Made by a program: the position numbers and the translations under genes
The notes under the pieces: model-generated
What the model was told of the DNA's origin: nothing
What the model saw: only the letters and a program-made list of their open reading frames with translations
Databases searched by the model: none
In this document: positions 38,570 through 48,027 of the stretch, one piece after another
How positions within the stretch are numbered: position 1 is the stretch's first letter
Layout of the letters: each line of letters opens with the position of its first letter
Source of the DNA: Candidatus Uhrbacteria bacterium
GTDB taxonomy: Bacteria; Patescibacteriota; Patescibacteriia; UBA9934
NCBI GenBank assembly: GCA_943359345.1
Contig: CALRHE010000003.1
Coordinates: 82-64,081, forward strand
Direction of reading: 5' to 3'
Length of the DNA stretch: 64,000 nt

Positions 38570-39688
38570 ATGCGACACTTACTAACTGTTTGTCTGATCG
38601 CCAGTGGTTTCATAGGGCTTTGGCCGGCGAGTGCGCGGGCCGAATTTATCGATCTAGCAATCACTGCTGATTCGATCCGGTTTTCAGAAGACACTTTGTA
38701 CGCTGACGAGACGGTGCGTATTTACGCTACCATTACAAATTCTGGCGATACCGACTCCATTGCTCAGGTGTTCTTTTATACGAGCGATGTTCTGATTGGA
38801 GAGTCACAACCAATTTCCGTTCTAGCAGGCGGCGGTGATGATGTGTACGTTGATTTTGACCTGCCGGAAGGTTCATTCAACATTCGAGCTGTGATTCAAG
38901 GTGCTGATCCAGAAGACAGCACGCCGGCTAATAACGAAGCCATCACGCCATTATTTAGTACTATTTCAGATAACGATCGTGACGGAGCCTTAAATGATGA
39001 GGATAATTGTCCTGACTCAGACAATTTAGATCAAGCAAATTTAGATGGGGACAATCAAGGTGATGCTTGTGATGAAGATATTGATAATGACGGCGTCACT
39101 AATGATGAGGATGATTTTCCACTCGACCAGAATAAGTCCAACGACGAACCGGCCCCGCTGCCAACTCCGACACCAACTCCATCTCCAGCGCCTGTAGCCG
39201 TGGTCAACGAAACCGTAGCGCTCGCTCCAGAAGCTGCTTCAGCTGAGCTGGCCGGAGTTGCAGTCACAGATGAAGGCGCGGTACTAGCGGAAGCGGTGGC
39301 TATTGCTCTTGATTTATCTGGATTCGGATCCGGCGCGCCCATCAGTTCACCGGCTGCTCATTTTACCTACGAACAAATTAATTGGCGCACTTACGAATTT
39401 GTAGCTAAGCCACCGCTTGGTGGGGACGAACTCACCTTCGCCTGGGATTTTGATGATGGGGCGACTTCGGTTCAAGCCACGATTACACACACCTTTCCAA
39501 CCTTCGGTGTGTATAGCGTTAGCCTGGCAATACTGGCATCAGACGGTACGATTCTTAGTGATTCACAGGATTTGGTCGTATCCTTTTTCCATCTGAGTAA
39601 TCCCTGGCTACTCCTATGCCTTGGGGTATTACTCCTCATCATGGCGGGTTTGACTGTCCTGGTTGTTCGTTTACGTCGGGGTGAATAG
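38570..39688 (+). CDS. Secreted/surface protein with thrombospondin type-3 Ca-binding repeats, a Pro/Thr linker, a beta-domain and a C-terminal TM anchor.
   Basis: Signal peptide. DNDRDGALNDEDNCPDSDNLDQANLDGDNQGDACDEDIDNDGVTNDEDD (DxDxDG repeats), then PTPTPTPSPAP, then a C-terminal hydrophobic helix plus RLRRGE. Confidence 0.6.
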   Translation: MRHLLTVCLIASGFIGLWPASARAEFIDLAITADSIRFSEDTLYADETVRIYATITNSGDTDSIAQVFFYTSDVLIGESQPISVLAGGGDDVYVDFDLPEGSFNIRAVIQGADPEDSTPANNEAITPLFSTISDNDRDGALNDEDNCPDSDNLDQANLDGDNQGDACDEDIDNDGVTNDEDDFPLDQNKSNDEPAPLPTPTPTPSPAPVAVVNETVALAPEAASAELAGVAVTDEGAVLAEAVAIALDLSGFGSGAPISSPAAHFTYEQINWRTYEFVAKPPLGGDELTFAWDFDDGATSVQATITHTFPTFGVYSVSLAILASDGTILSDSQDLVVSFFHLSNPWLLLCLGVLLLIMAGLTVLVVRLRRGE

Positions 39689-39690
39689 GT

Positions 39691-41301
39691 ATGATCAAGC
39701 GTCTGTTCTCCACAACCACCACCTCAGTAGTCAGCGCCGCTGCCATTGTGGCAGGTTTTTCTTTGTTATCTAGACTGGTCGGGTTCGTTCGTGACCGTAT
39801 TTTGGCCGGTATTTTTGGCGCCGGTGACGCACTGGATGTTTATTACACCGCCTTCAGAGTACCTGACTTGGTTTTCCAGCTCATTGTAATCGGCGCCTTA
39901 TCCGCCTGTTTCATTCCGGTTTTCACACGCTACTTTGGCCACGACGATGACAAGGCTTGGAAATACACAAGCAATGTCTTAAATTTACTGACCGCCTTGT
40001 TTTTGGTGATTTCGGCCGTGGGGATTATTTTAGCCCCTGTTTACACCCCTTGGGTGGCGCCTGGTTTTAGCCCAGACAAGCAAGCCCTAGTGGTGGCTGC
40101 TACCCGCGTCATGTTTTTGGGTCAAGCCATGTTTGCCATTTCAATGGTTTTTGGATCAGTTCTTCAGGGGGCCAAACGCTTTATTTTGTACTCGTTTGCG
40201 CCGATCATTAACAACGTTGGGATTTTGTTTGGGGCCGTTTTTTTGGTACCAGTTTTTGGCTTGATGGGTTTGGCCTGGGGTGCAGTCCTGGGGGCTATAT
40301 TACATGCTTTGATTCAAACTGTAGGTGTTTATGCCTTGGGCTACCGTTACACTTTAAGTTTAAATTTTCGTGATCCAGATATTCAGTACACGCTCCGTCA
40401 AATGGGGCCACGGGTGATGGGGATTGGAGTTGGACAGTTAAATTTTTTGTTAATGACTTTACTGGCCACGGGGCTAGCTCATGGCTCTGTCACGATCTTG
40501 CAGTTTGCTTACAACCTTAACTTTTTTCCGATTGGGGTGATCGGTGTGGCCTACGCCATTGCAGCCTTTCCGACTTTTTGCGAGTTTGTAAAAGATGACG
40601 AGCTGAATAAGCTCAGGGAAGCCTTTTCAAATACTGTGCGACAAGTCATGTTCTTGATTATTCCGGGAACGATTGTGTCATTGTTGTTACGCGCTCAAAT
40701 AGTTCGTTTAGTTTTTGGTGCCGGTGTCTTTGACTGGACCGATACGATTGTGACCGCCGACACTTTGGCGATGTTTGCGCTTAGTTTTTTTGCTCAGTGT
40801 TTGGTGTTTGTGATCGTACGGGTCTTTTTTGCCTATGGGGACAGCCGTTCGCCTTTTTTGGCGGGTTTGATTGCGGCTGCTATATCTGCGGTCTGCGGAT
40901 TTTTACTGGCACCTGCTTATGGTGTCCCGGGACTGGCCTGGGCTTTTTCCTTGGCCTCGATGGTACAGTTGGCGGTGCTGTGGGTGCTTTTAAAAGCTAA
41001 ATTAGGATCACTAGATGAAAAGATGATTCTAAAATCAACCGCACTTTTATCTGTAGCTGGGGCAGTCACAGCCGCAGTTACTCAAGCTATGAAGTATTTT
41101 GTGGTTGACTATGTGCATCTGGATACTTTTATGAATGTGTTATTCCAAACCCTGGCTGCAGGCGGCGCTGGACTAGTCATGTATTTTGCTACAGCTTTTT
41201 TGCTAGGCAGCCCAGAAATGGTGGCCTTTGCGGCTGGTCTCCACGCCCGGGTTATTCGTTCAGCTAAGCCGACTGAAATTGTTCAACAAGAGCTTGTCTA
41301 A
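39691..41301 (+). CDS. murJ: Lipid II flippase MurJ.
   Basis: A 14-TM MOP-superfamily protein with the MurJ N-terminus (ILAGIFGAGDALDVYYTAFRVPDL). Confidence 0.8.
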   Translation: MIKRLFSTTTTSVVSAAAIVAGFSLLSRLVGFVRDRILAGIFGAGDALDVYYTAFRVPDLVFQLIVIGALSACFIPVFTRYFGHDDDKAWKYTSNVLNLLTALFLVISAVGIILAPVYTPWVAPGFSPDKQALVVAATRVMFLGQAMFAISMVFGSVLQGAKRFILYSFAPIINNVGILFGAVFLVPVFGLMGLAWGAVLGAILHALIQTVGVYALGYRYTLSLNFRDPDIQYTLRQMGPRVMGIGVGQLNFLLMTLLATGLAHGSVTILQFAYNLNFFPIGVIGVAYAIAAFPTFCEFVKDDELNKLREAFSNTVRQVMFLIIPGTIVSLLLRAQIVRLVFGAGVFDWTDTIVTADTLAMFALSFFAQCLVFVIVRVFFAYGDSRSPFLAGLIAAAISAVCGFLLAPAYGVPGLAWAFSLASMVQLAVLWVLLKAKLGSLDEKMILKSTALLSVAGAVTAAVTQAMKYFVVDYVHLDTFMNVLFQTLAAGGAGLVMYFATAFLLGSPEMVAFAAGLHARVIRSAKPTEIVQQELV

Positions 41302-41372
41302 CAGGGGCCAACAGCTACAGCTTCCAAGCGGGGCGACCCGGGTGCTCTGTAAGAGTGAGTAATGATTTTACA

Positions 41373-41462
41373 AACGCGACACTATCGCGTTGGGTCAAAA
41401 TAATCTTTAAATATATTAGTACATTTACAGATTTATCGTTTATAACGCGACAGTGTCGCGTT
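41373..41462. promoter_or_regulatory. Two copies of an operator-like palindrome AACGCGACA-N-TGTCGCGTT flanking promoter-like hexamers upstream of alaS.
   Basis: 41373-41391 has a 7-bp arm and 5-nt centre. 41444-41462 has a perfect 9-bp arm and 1-nt centre. TTGGGT-16-TATATT lies between them at 41390-41417. Confidence 0.5.
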
Positions 41463-41596
41463 TGATAAAATGCGATTTGTAAATTGAGTATAGATGAGAG
41501 CGAAGACCGAGCATGTATTTGGGTGGTTTTTATCAGCAGAATCAGGTTCAGGATGCCCGTTGCATTTTCATGTGTTTCCAGTAGACTATTGTCAAT

Positions 41597-43375
41597 ATGT
41601 TGACCGCTAACGAACTCCGAAAAAAATACCTGGCCTTCTTTTTGAGTAAGGGCCACGCCGAAATTCAATCAGCCTCGCTTGTGCCCGAAAACGATCCCAC
41701 GGTTTTGTTTACAACCGCGGGTATGCACCCGCTCGTGCCTTACTTGCTTGGTGAGCCGCACCCAATGGGGAAACGTCTGGTTGATTATCAGCGTTGTATT
41801 CGGACGGGTGATATCGACGACGTGGGTGATGACACGCACCTAACGTTTTTTACCATGCTCGGCAATTGGTCGCTTGGTGATTACTTCAAAAAAGACTCGA
41901 TTGAATGGTCGTTTGAGTTTCTGACGAGCTCGGAATGGTTGAATATTCCGCTTGATAAACTTTCTATCACCGTATTTGAGGGTGATGCGAATACGCCGTT
42001 TGATCAAGAATCTTACGATCATTGGATCGGGCTCGGCGTTGCCCCCGGAAGAATCGCCAAACTCGGACTCGAGGATAATTGGTGGCCAGCTGGTGGAAAA
42101 CATACTGGTCCGCAAGGACCGGACACCGAGATCTTTTATTGGGTTGGTGAAGGCGAGCCTGTTGGCAATAAGGGAACTCACTCTAAAGAATGGATGGAGA
42201 TTTGGAATAACGTCTTTATGCAGTTCAGCAAAGGTGCCGATGGCGCCTTGTCTGCACTCGAGCATCAGAACGTCGACACCGGCATGGGACTCGAGCGAAC
42301 GATCGTTGCGCTTCAAGGTCGATCGAACGTTTACGAGACCGAGTTGTTCACGGGAATTCTCAAGAAGCTCGAGGAGCTTTCCAGTTTTGAATATGCTGCG
42401 AGTGCTGAGATAAAGAAATCAATGCGCGTCATCGCCGATCACCTCCGAGCTGCGTCGATCATGTTCATGGATGGGGTTGAACCTAGCAATAAGGACCAAG
42501 GTTATGTTTTACGACGCTTGATTCGTAGAGCTATCCGACACTCCAAGAAAATCGGTATTGAATCTCAAAAACTTGTAGCCCCAATTGTTAACGAGGTCGT
42601 GAGCTCGCTCGGCGAGTCGTACCCGATGCTTGTCGAGAAGCAGGACAAAATTGTCGCCGGCTTGCTTGCCGAAGCTCAGAAGTTTGAAAAGACTCTAGCT
42701 CAAGGCTTGCGCGAATTCTCAAAATTCTGGGAAAAGAACAAGTCTGTCTCCGGCGAAGACGCTTTCAATCTTTATCAGTCTTACGGTTTCCCATTAGAAG
42801 TGACGCATGAGCTCGCTCACGAGCAGGGGCTCGAAGTCGACCGCGAGGCTTTTGCTGCCGAGTTTAAGAAGCATCAAGACTTGTCGCGACAAGGCGCTGA
42901 GAAAAAGTTCGCCGGTGGGCTCGCTGATCACTCAGTCGAAACAACGAAACTCCATACGGCTACACACCTATTGCACCAGGCTCTGCGAGCAGTGCTCGGC
43001 GATCACGTCGAGCAAAAGGGCAGCAACATTACGGCCGAGCGTTTGCGTTTCGATTTCTCCCACGACAAAAAAATGACCCCGGACGAGATTAAACAGGTCG
43101 AGGACATCGTTAATGAACAGATTAAGAGAGATTTGAAGGTTCACTCTGAGCAGCTTACGGTCGAAGAGGCTAAAACTCGTGGCGCCATTGGTTTGTTCGA
43201 AGATAAATACGCCCAGATCGGAGGCAAGATCAACGTTTACTTCATGGGTGACTTTTCAAAAGAAATTTGCGGCGGTCCGCATGTTGAACACACTGGCCAG
43301 CTGGGTGGCATCAAGATCCAGAAAGAAGAGGCCAGCTCGGCGGGTGTGCGACGCATTAAGGCGATTTTGGGCTAG
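41597..43375 (+). CDS. alaS: Alanyl-tRNA synthetase (catalytic and editing domains, lacking the C-terminal C-Ala domain).
   Basis: AlaRS N-terminus (LFTTAGMHP, GNWSFGDYFKK-like) and editing-site HxxxH...CGGPHV. The protein is 592 aa versus the canonical length of about 875. Confidence 0.85.
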   Translation: MLTANELRKKYLAFFLSKGHAEIQSASLVPENDPTVLFTTAGMHPLVPYLLGEPHPMGKRLVDYQRCIRTGDIDDVGDDTHLTFFTMLGNWSLGDYFKKDSIEWSFEFLTSSEWLNIPLDKLSITVFEGDANTPFDQESYDHWIGLGVAPGRIAKLGLEDNWWPAGGKHTGPQGPDTEIFYWVGEGEPVGNKGTHSKEWMEIWNNVFMQFSKGADGALSALEHQNVDTGMGLERTIVALQGRSNVYETELFTGILKKLEELSSFEYAASAEIKKSMRVIADHLRAASIMFMDGVEPSNKDQGYVLRRLIRRAIRHSKKIGIESQKLVAPIVNEVVSSLGESYPMLVEKQDKIVAGLLAEAQKFEKTLAQGLREFSKFWEKNKSVSGEDAFNLYQSYGFPLEVTHELAHEQGLEVDREAFAAEFKKHQDLSRQGAEKKFAGGLADHSVETTKLHTATHLLHQALRAVLGDHVEQKGSNITAERLRFDFSHDKKMTPDEIKQVEDIVNEQIKRDLKVHSEQLTVEEAKTRGAIGLFEDKYAQIGGKINVYFMGDFSKEICGGPHVEHTGQLGGIKIQKEEASSAGVRRIKAILG

Positions 43376-43442
43376 GGGATAACTTTTATGTGTGAGCGAT
43401 GTACGATGCTAAGCTTTTAGCAAAGTTTTAATTATCATTGCT

Positions 43443-43979
43443 ATGGGTGAAGGAATGCGGAATATGGGTAAGACAGCTATGATGGCTGCGGCACTTAACG
43501 CCGGGATGTCTGCCGAGGCGATAGCGGGCGAACGGAAGGACGAGGTTTCTGTGAAGGTGACAACCGAACAGCTCCACAGCATGGAGGGCTACCAGCGCGC
43601 AGACGACGCAAGTCAAGAGATTTTCGACAAGGTCGACAAGGGCGAGTACAAATTCGTAAAAGACGATACTCTTGCACAAACAACTCTTGTTGGGGACGAC
43701 CAAAAAATTTTTGAGTTAGCCAGTCAGCAAAATCTGTGGATTCAGCCAGATTTGGGAAAGATCATTAACCGCGTCACCGGAGAGGGGTTCAGCTGGGACT
43801 CGATTCTTAAGACCAAAGACGGCAAGGTCATCAATGAAACTGATACGGTGGAGATTAGCATCGAGAACGGTACGTTGATAGTGAAAATCTTCAATTCCGA
43901 TAAGAGTCTAGATTTAGTTCATTACGATTCTCACGGCGCTATGGCGTCAGTTGAGCACCTTGAGCTAAACAAGAAATAA
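43443..43979 (+). CDS. Hypothetical protein.
   Basis: ORF of 178 aa with no recognisable motifs. Confidence 0.4.
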   Translation: MGEGMRNMGKTAMMAAALNAGMSAEAIAGERKDEVSVKVTTEQLHSMEGYQRADDASQEIFDKVDKGEYKFVKDDTLAQTTLVGDDQKIFELASQQNLWIQPDLGKIINRVTGEGFSWDSILKTKDGKVINETDTVEISIENGTLIVKIFNSDKSLDLVHYDSHGAMASVEHLELNKK

Positions 43980-44075
43980 CCTAAATTATGCCAATTAAGC
44001 CCATTCCGCCAACACCGCAAAAGTTAGCGTAAGTAAGCCAAATACTCTGTCCTTCAGGATGGGGTATTTGTTTCT

Positions 44076-44105
44076 TGACACCCTTTGATTGAGCTGCTAC
44101 ACTTC
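44076..44105 (+). promoter_or_regulatory. Sigma-70-like promoter (TTGACA-17-TACACT) upstream of infA and the alpha operon.
   Basis: A consensus -35 element with 17-nt spacing to a -10-like hexamer, about 60 nt upstream of infA. Confidence 0.45.
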
Positions 44106-44166
44106 CGTCGCTTTCAATTAACTTGAATTTACAGCAATTCCAGGGATCGTTACACTACGGCCAACT

Positions 44167-44382
44167 ATGGCAGAAAAACAATTTCTAGAAATGCGCGGAG
44201 AAGTGCTTGAGGCACTACCCGCCGGTAGGTTCCGCGTTAAATTGGAAAACGATCTTGAAGTCACAGGGATCCTGGCTGGGAAACTTCGCCAGAACCGTAT
44301 CCGGGTTATGCCTGGAGATGACGTCAAATGTGAGATCTCTCCTTACGATCTCACGAAAGCTCGCATCACGTTCCGCTTCTAG
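44167..44382 (+). CDS. infA: Translation initiation factor IF-1.
   Basis: 71-aa S1-like OB-fold ([46 protein letters not shown]). Confidence 0.9.
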   Translation: MAEKQFLEMRGEVLEALPAGRFRVKLENDLEVTGILAGKLRQNRIRVMPGDDVKCEISPYDLTKARITFRF

Positions 44383-44460
44383 CGGTCGAAATGTCGAGCT
44401 TGGTAAGAATCATCCTCGTACTTTGTGTCAGGGTGATTTTGCGTAACTAACGATACTCGT

Positions 44461-44574
44461 ATGAAAGTCCGCTCCTCAGTTAAAGCGATCTGTGCTAGTT
44501 GCCGCGTTATCCGCCGTGAAGGTCGGGTACGGGTTATTTGCAAGGTCCCAAAGCATAAGCAACGTCAGGGCTAA
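44461..44574 (+). CDS. rpmJ: 50S ribosomal protein L36.
   Basis: 37 aa, [37 protein letters not shown]. It falls below the ORF-track length cutoff and was found by reading the sequence. Confidence 0.85.
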   Translation: MKVRSSVKAICASCRVIRREGRVRVICKVPKHKQRQG

Positions 44575-44600
44575 TCTACTTGTAGTGAGTTTATCGAACT

Positions 44601-44987
44601 ATGGCACGTATTGCTGGAGTTACTATCCCCGCGCAGAAGCGCATCATCATCGGCCTAACCTACATTTATGGGGTTGGTGATGTTCGTGCTGACAAGATTT
44701 TGAAACAAGCCAAAGTGGATGCCAATATCCGCGCCAAGGATTTGACCTTGGAACAGGAAAACGCTATTCGCGTGATCGTAGAAAAAGAATATCGTGTGGA
44801 AGGTGAGTTGCGCCGTGAAGTTCAGGGTAACATCAAGCGTCTTAAGGACATTGGTAGTTACCGTGGTTCACGTCACACTAAGAAATTACCAGTTCGTGGT
44901 CAGCGCACCAAGTCAAACTCGCGTTCCGTCCGTGGCAACGTGCGTAAGACAGCTGGTAGCGGCCGCCGTATGTTGACCAAGACCTAA
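44601..44987 (+). CDS. rpsM: 30S ribosomal protein S13.
   Basis: MARIAGV... S13 signature. Confidence 0.9.
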   Translation: MARIAGVTIPAQKRIIIGLTYIYGVGDVRADKILKQAKVDANIRAKDLTLEQENAIRVIVEKEYRVEGELRREVQGNIKRLKDIGSYRGSRHTKKLPVRGQRTKSNSRSVRGNVRKTAGSGRRMLTKT

Positions 44988-44990
44988 CCT

Positions 44991-45458
44991 ATGAATGAAG
45001 AAATTACCAACACCGAAGACGTCGCAGTTGAGGGCAAGGTGGCAGCTGTAGCTGCCAAGCCTAAGAGCGATAAGCTCGTCACAGCCAAGGGCAAAAAGCG
45101 TACCTTACGCCAAATCCCGCAAGGTCGTGCTTACATTCACGCTAGCTTCAACAACACCATCATTACGGTCACTGACCCTAATGGTAACGTGGTGGCTTGG
45201 GCCAGCGCCGGTAACTGTGGCTTTAAAGGTCCCAAGAAGGCTACTCCATACGCCGCTAGCGTGGTCGTAAAGAAAGTAGCTGATAAGTCAGCTGTCTACG
45301 GGCTGCGCGACTTACATGTGTATGTATCCGGCATCGGCAATGGCCGTGACGGTGCTTTGCGTGCTTTGAACGGTAGTGGCTTCAACGTACTTTCGATGAA
45401 AGATGAAACCCCAGTGCCTCACAACGGTTGCCGACCACGTCGGGCTCGTCGCGTCTAA
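44991..45458 (+). CDS. rpsK: 30S ribosomal protein S11.
   Basis: The S11 core (AHIHASFNNTIITVTD) and gene order. Confidence 0.9.
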   Translation: MNEEITNTEDVAVEGKVAAVAAKPKSDKLVTAKGKKRTLRQIPQGRAYIHASFNNTIITVTDPNGNVVAWASAGNCGFKGPKKATPYAASVVVKKVADKSAVYGLRDLHVYVSGIGNGRDGALRALNGSGFNVLSMKDETPVPHNGCRPRRARRV

Positions 45459-45467
45459 CGCTATTTT

Positions 45468-46091
45468 ATGGGAAAGACATTAAAACCTCTTGGAAAAATG
45501 AGTCGCCGCGAAGGCGTGGCGCTTTCAAACGGTGCCAGCGTGCTTAAGGTCATGCAACGTCGTGCTTACATTCCTGGTGTTCACGGTAAGGCGGGTGGCT
45601 TCGCGCCTAAATTATCAGTTTACGGTACTCAGTTGCGTGAAAAGCAAAAGGCTAAGCGCTTGTACGGTATTATGGAGCGTCAGTTCCGTAACTACTTCAA
45701 GAAAGCGGCTGCCATGTCTGGCAACACCGGTGAACACTTGGCTCGCTTGCTCGAGACTCGTCTCGACAATACCGTTTACCGGTTGGGTCTAGCCAAGACG
45801 CGTCCTCAGGCCCGTCAGATGGTGAGCCACGCCATGTTCTTAGTGAATGGTATCAAGGTGAATATCCCGTCTTATCAAGTTAAGGTTGGCGATATCATTG
45901 AGCTACGTCCCAACAAACAAGCTAAGAAACTTTTTAATGACCTCTCTGACCGTTTGAAGAATCATACGGTTACGAGCTGGTTGCATCGTGAGGAGGACAC
46001 GAAGGGCAAGGTCGTGAGCATGCCGCAAGGCGAAGATCTGAAGGAGGTCTACGATCCTAAGCTCATTGTCGAGTTCTACTCGATGCGCTAA
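45468..46091 (+). CDS. rpsD: 30S ribosomal protein S4.
   Basis: S4 N-terminus and S4-RNA-binding domain (LETRLDNTVYRLGLA). Confidence 0.9.
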   Translation: MGKTLKPLGKMSRREGVALSNGASVLKVMQRRAYIPGVHGKAGGFAPKLSVYGTQLREKQKAKRLYGIMERQFRNYFKKAAAMSGNTGEHLARLLETRLDNTVYRLGLAKTRPQARQMVSHAMFLVNGIKVNIPSYQVKVGDIIELRPNKQAKKLFNDLSDRLKNHTVTSWLHREEDTKGKVVSMPQGEDLKEVYDPKLIVEFYSMR

Positions 46092-46109
46092 GCGCTTAAT
46101 CTATACCGT

Positions 46110-46859
46110 ATGGAGTCAATCTTCTTACCGTCAAAAATGTACTTTACCCCCGGCGACAAGCCGAACGAGGTGTTGCTCACCATTGAGCCACTTCATCATG
46201 GGTACGGTACCACCATTGGTAACGCTTTGCGCCGTGTGTTGTTGTCGTCTCTACCGGGTGCCGCGGTTACTGCTATGAAGGTTAAGGGTGCTCAGCACGA
46301 ATTTTCTGCCCTAAACGGGGTTAAGGAAGATGTGCTAGATATCATGCTTAACCTGAAGAAGCTGCGCTTGAAGGTCCATTCTGAGGAACCGGTGGTACTC
46401 AAGTTGTCAGTTAAAAAAACAGGCGAGGTCACTGCAGCGGATATCGAGGCTAATGCAGACGTCGAAATCATTAACCCTGAGTTAGTGATCGCCACTGTGA
46501 CTGATAAGGCAACCAGTTTTGACTTGGAAATCACTGTGTCACGTGGTCGTGGCTTCTTGCCGACGGAAGAGCGCGAGGAAGCTCCAACGGAAATTGGCGT
46601 GATCGCCATCGACGCCATGTTTTCACCGGTCCGCACCGTTGGCTTGAAGGTTGAGAACACGCGCGTTGGAGAAATTACCAACTACGACAAACTGCTCATG
46701 ACCATTGTGACCGATGGTTCAATCACGCCTCAAGAAGCTGTTGAGCAGGCCACCAAGATTCTGTTGAACCACTTTACCTGGGTTCAGGGACAGCTCCAAC
46801 ACGCTTCCCTCACTGAACAAATCGTTCGCGCCTCGGAGGAGGGTTCTGACAACAAGTAA
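46110..46859 (+). CDS. rpoA: DNA-directed RNA polymerase alpha subunit, N-terminal domain only (no alpha-CTD).
   Basis: 249 aa ending at the NTD boundary. rplQ starts 3 nt after the stop, leaving no room for a separately encoded CTD. Confidence 0.85.
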   Translation: MESIFLPSKMYFTPGDKPNEVLLTIEPLHHGYGTTIGNALRRVLLSSLPGAAVTAMKVKGAQHEFSALNGVKEDVLDIMLNLKKLRLKVHSEEPVVLKLSVKKTGEVTAADIEANADVEIINPELVIATVTDKATSFDLEITVSRGRGFLPTEEREEAPTEIGVIAIDAMFSPVRTVGLKVENTRVGEITNYDKLLMTIVTDGSITPQEAVEQATKILLNHFTWVQGQLQHASLTEQIVRASEEGSDNK

Positions 46860-46861
46860 GT

Positions 46862-47212
46862 ATGCGACACCGTAAGAATAAAAAAACACTGGGACGAAAA
46901 GCCTCAGCTCGGAAGGCGCTATTGCGTGATCTCACGACTGCGCTTTTGACGTACGAGAAGATTGAAACCAGCATGGGACGCGCTAAAGTTGTACGCCCGG
47001 TCGTGGAAAAGATCATCACCACCGCCAAACAGAATAGCTTGGCTGCTCGTCGTCGCTTGCTCGGCTACTTTACTACCGATCAAACAGTCAACAAGTTGTT
47101 CGAGGTTATCGGTCCGCGCTATAAAGAGCGCAACGGTGGTTACACCCGTATGACCAAGCTTGGTCAGCGTCAGGGTGATGCCGCGGAAACCGTGCTCATC
47201 GAACTTGTTTAA
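46862..47212 (+). CDS. rplQ: 50S ribosomal protein L17.
   Basis: MRHRK... L17 signature. Confidence 0.9.
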   Translation: MRHRKNKKTLGRKASARKALLRDLTTALLTYEKIETSMGRAKVVRPVVEKIITTAKQNSLAARRRLLGYFTTDQTVNKLFEVIGPRYKERNGGYTRMTKLGQRQGDAAETVLIELV

Positions 47213-47213
47213 T

Positions 47214-47570
47214 ATGGCAAACATTGAACGTAAAACTTACACTGTCGACGCTGCTGGGAAAATTCTTGGCCGTTTAGCAACGGACATTGCCATGCACCTC
47301 ATGGGCAAGACCAATGTAAATTTCCAGTCACATATTGATGCTGGCGATTTTGTAGTGGTCACCAACGTGGCTGGCATTAAGGTCACGGGTAAAAAGATGG
47401 AACAGAAGGTTTACCATCATCACACCCATTACCCAGGTGGTTTGGTCACCAAGCAATTGGCAGATGTCTGGGCCAAAGATCCAGCTGATGTCTTGCGCCG
47501 AGCGGTGTCTCGTATGCTGCCAAAGACCAAGCACCGCACTGCACGACTTCTTCGCTTGACCATCTCCTAA
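47214..47570 (+). CDS. rplM: 50S ribosomal protein L13.
   Basis: The start was set at MANIERKTY, in frame with the ORF-track call that begins at 47160 inside rplQ. Confidence 0.85.
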   Translation: MANIERKTYTVDAAGKILGRLATDIAMHLMGKTNVNFQSHIDAGDFVVVTNVAGIKVTGKKMEQKVYHHHTHYPGGLVTKQLADVWAKDPADVLRRAVSRMLPKTKHRTARLLRLTIS

Positions 47571-47573
47571 TCT

Positions 47574-47969
47574 ATGGCAGACAAATATTTCCAAGCTCTC
47601 GGTCGACGTAAGACCGCTACCGCCCAGGTCCGCGTGACCGCGGGTGGCAAGGGCGTCATCACTGTTAACGGCAAGCCGATTGAAGATTACTTCAAGACCG
47701 GTGAACTTCGCCGTGTAGTTTCTAGACCCTTGAAAGAGGTGGGTAAGACTGAGTCAGTCGATATCACAGTTAAGGCTTCAGGTGGCGGTATGACCGGCCA
47801 GGCCGATGCTACTAGCCTCGGTATTGCTCGTGCTCTCATGTTGCTTGATGAAAACTACCGTCCAGCCCTCAAGGCCGCCGGCTTAGTTACTCGCGATCAG
47901 CGCAAGAAAGAACGCAAGAAGCCAGGTAAACACGGCGCTCGTCGCTCACCTCAGTGGCGCAAGCGTTAA
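47574..47969 (+). CDS. rpsI: 30S ribosomal protein S9.
   Basis: S9 C-terminal GGGMTGQADA ... RRSPQWRKR. Confidence 0.9.
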   Translation: MADKYFQALGRRKTATAQVRVTAGGKGVITVNGKPIEDYFKTGELRRVVSRPLKEVGKTESVDITVKASGGGMTGQADATSLGIARALMLLDENYRPALKAAGLVTRDQRKKERKKPGKHGARRSPQWRKR

Positions 47970-47985
47970 TCGAATTTCGATCCAG

Positions 47986-48014
47986 AAAACCCTCGACTTT
48001 GTCGAGGGTTTTCT
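47986..48014 (+). terminator. Intrinsic terminator (CCCTCGAC-ttt-GTCGAGGG followed by TTTTC) ending the ribosomal-protein operon.
   Basis: An 8-bp perfect stem preceded by AAAA and followed by a U-tract. Confidence 0.75.
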
Positions 48015-48027
48015 GTATCCTAGCTCC

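Noticed and set aside
41463-41596. T-box leader upstream of alaS (GGGTGGT at about 41529).
   Set aside because: Only GGGTGGT is present. The conserved ACCGCG continuation, a specifier-loop stem I and a terminator/antiterminator pair are not evident.
41315-41668. 117-aa minus-strand ORF overlapping the alaS leader and start.
   Set aside because: It is antisense to the alaS regulatory region and start codon, and has no SD or conserved features.
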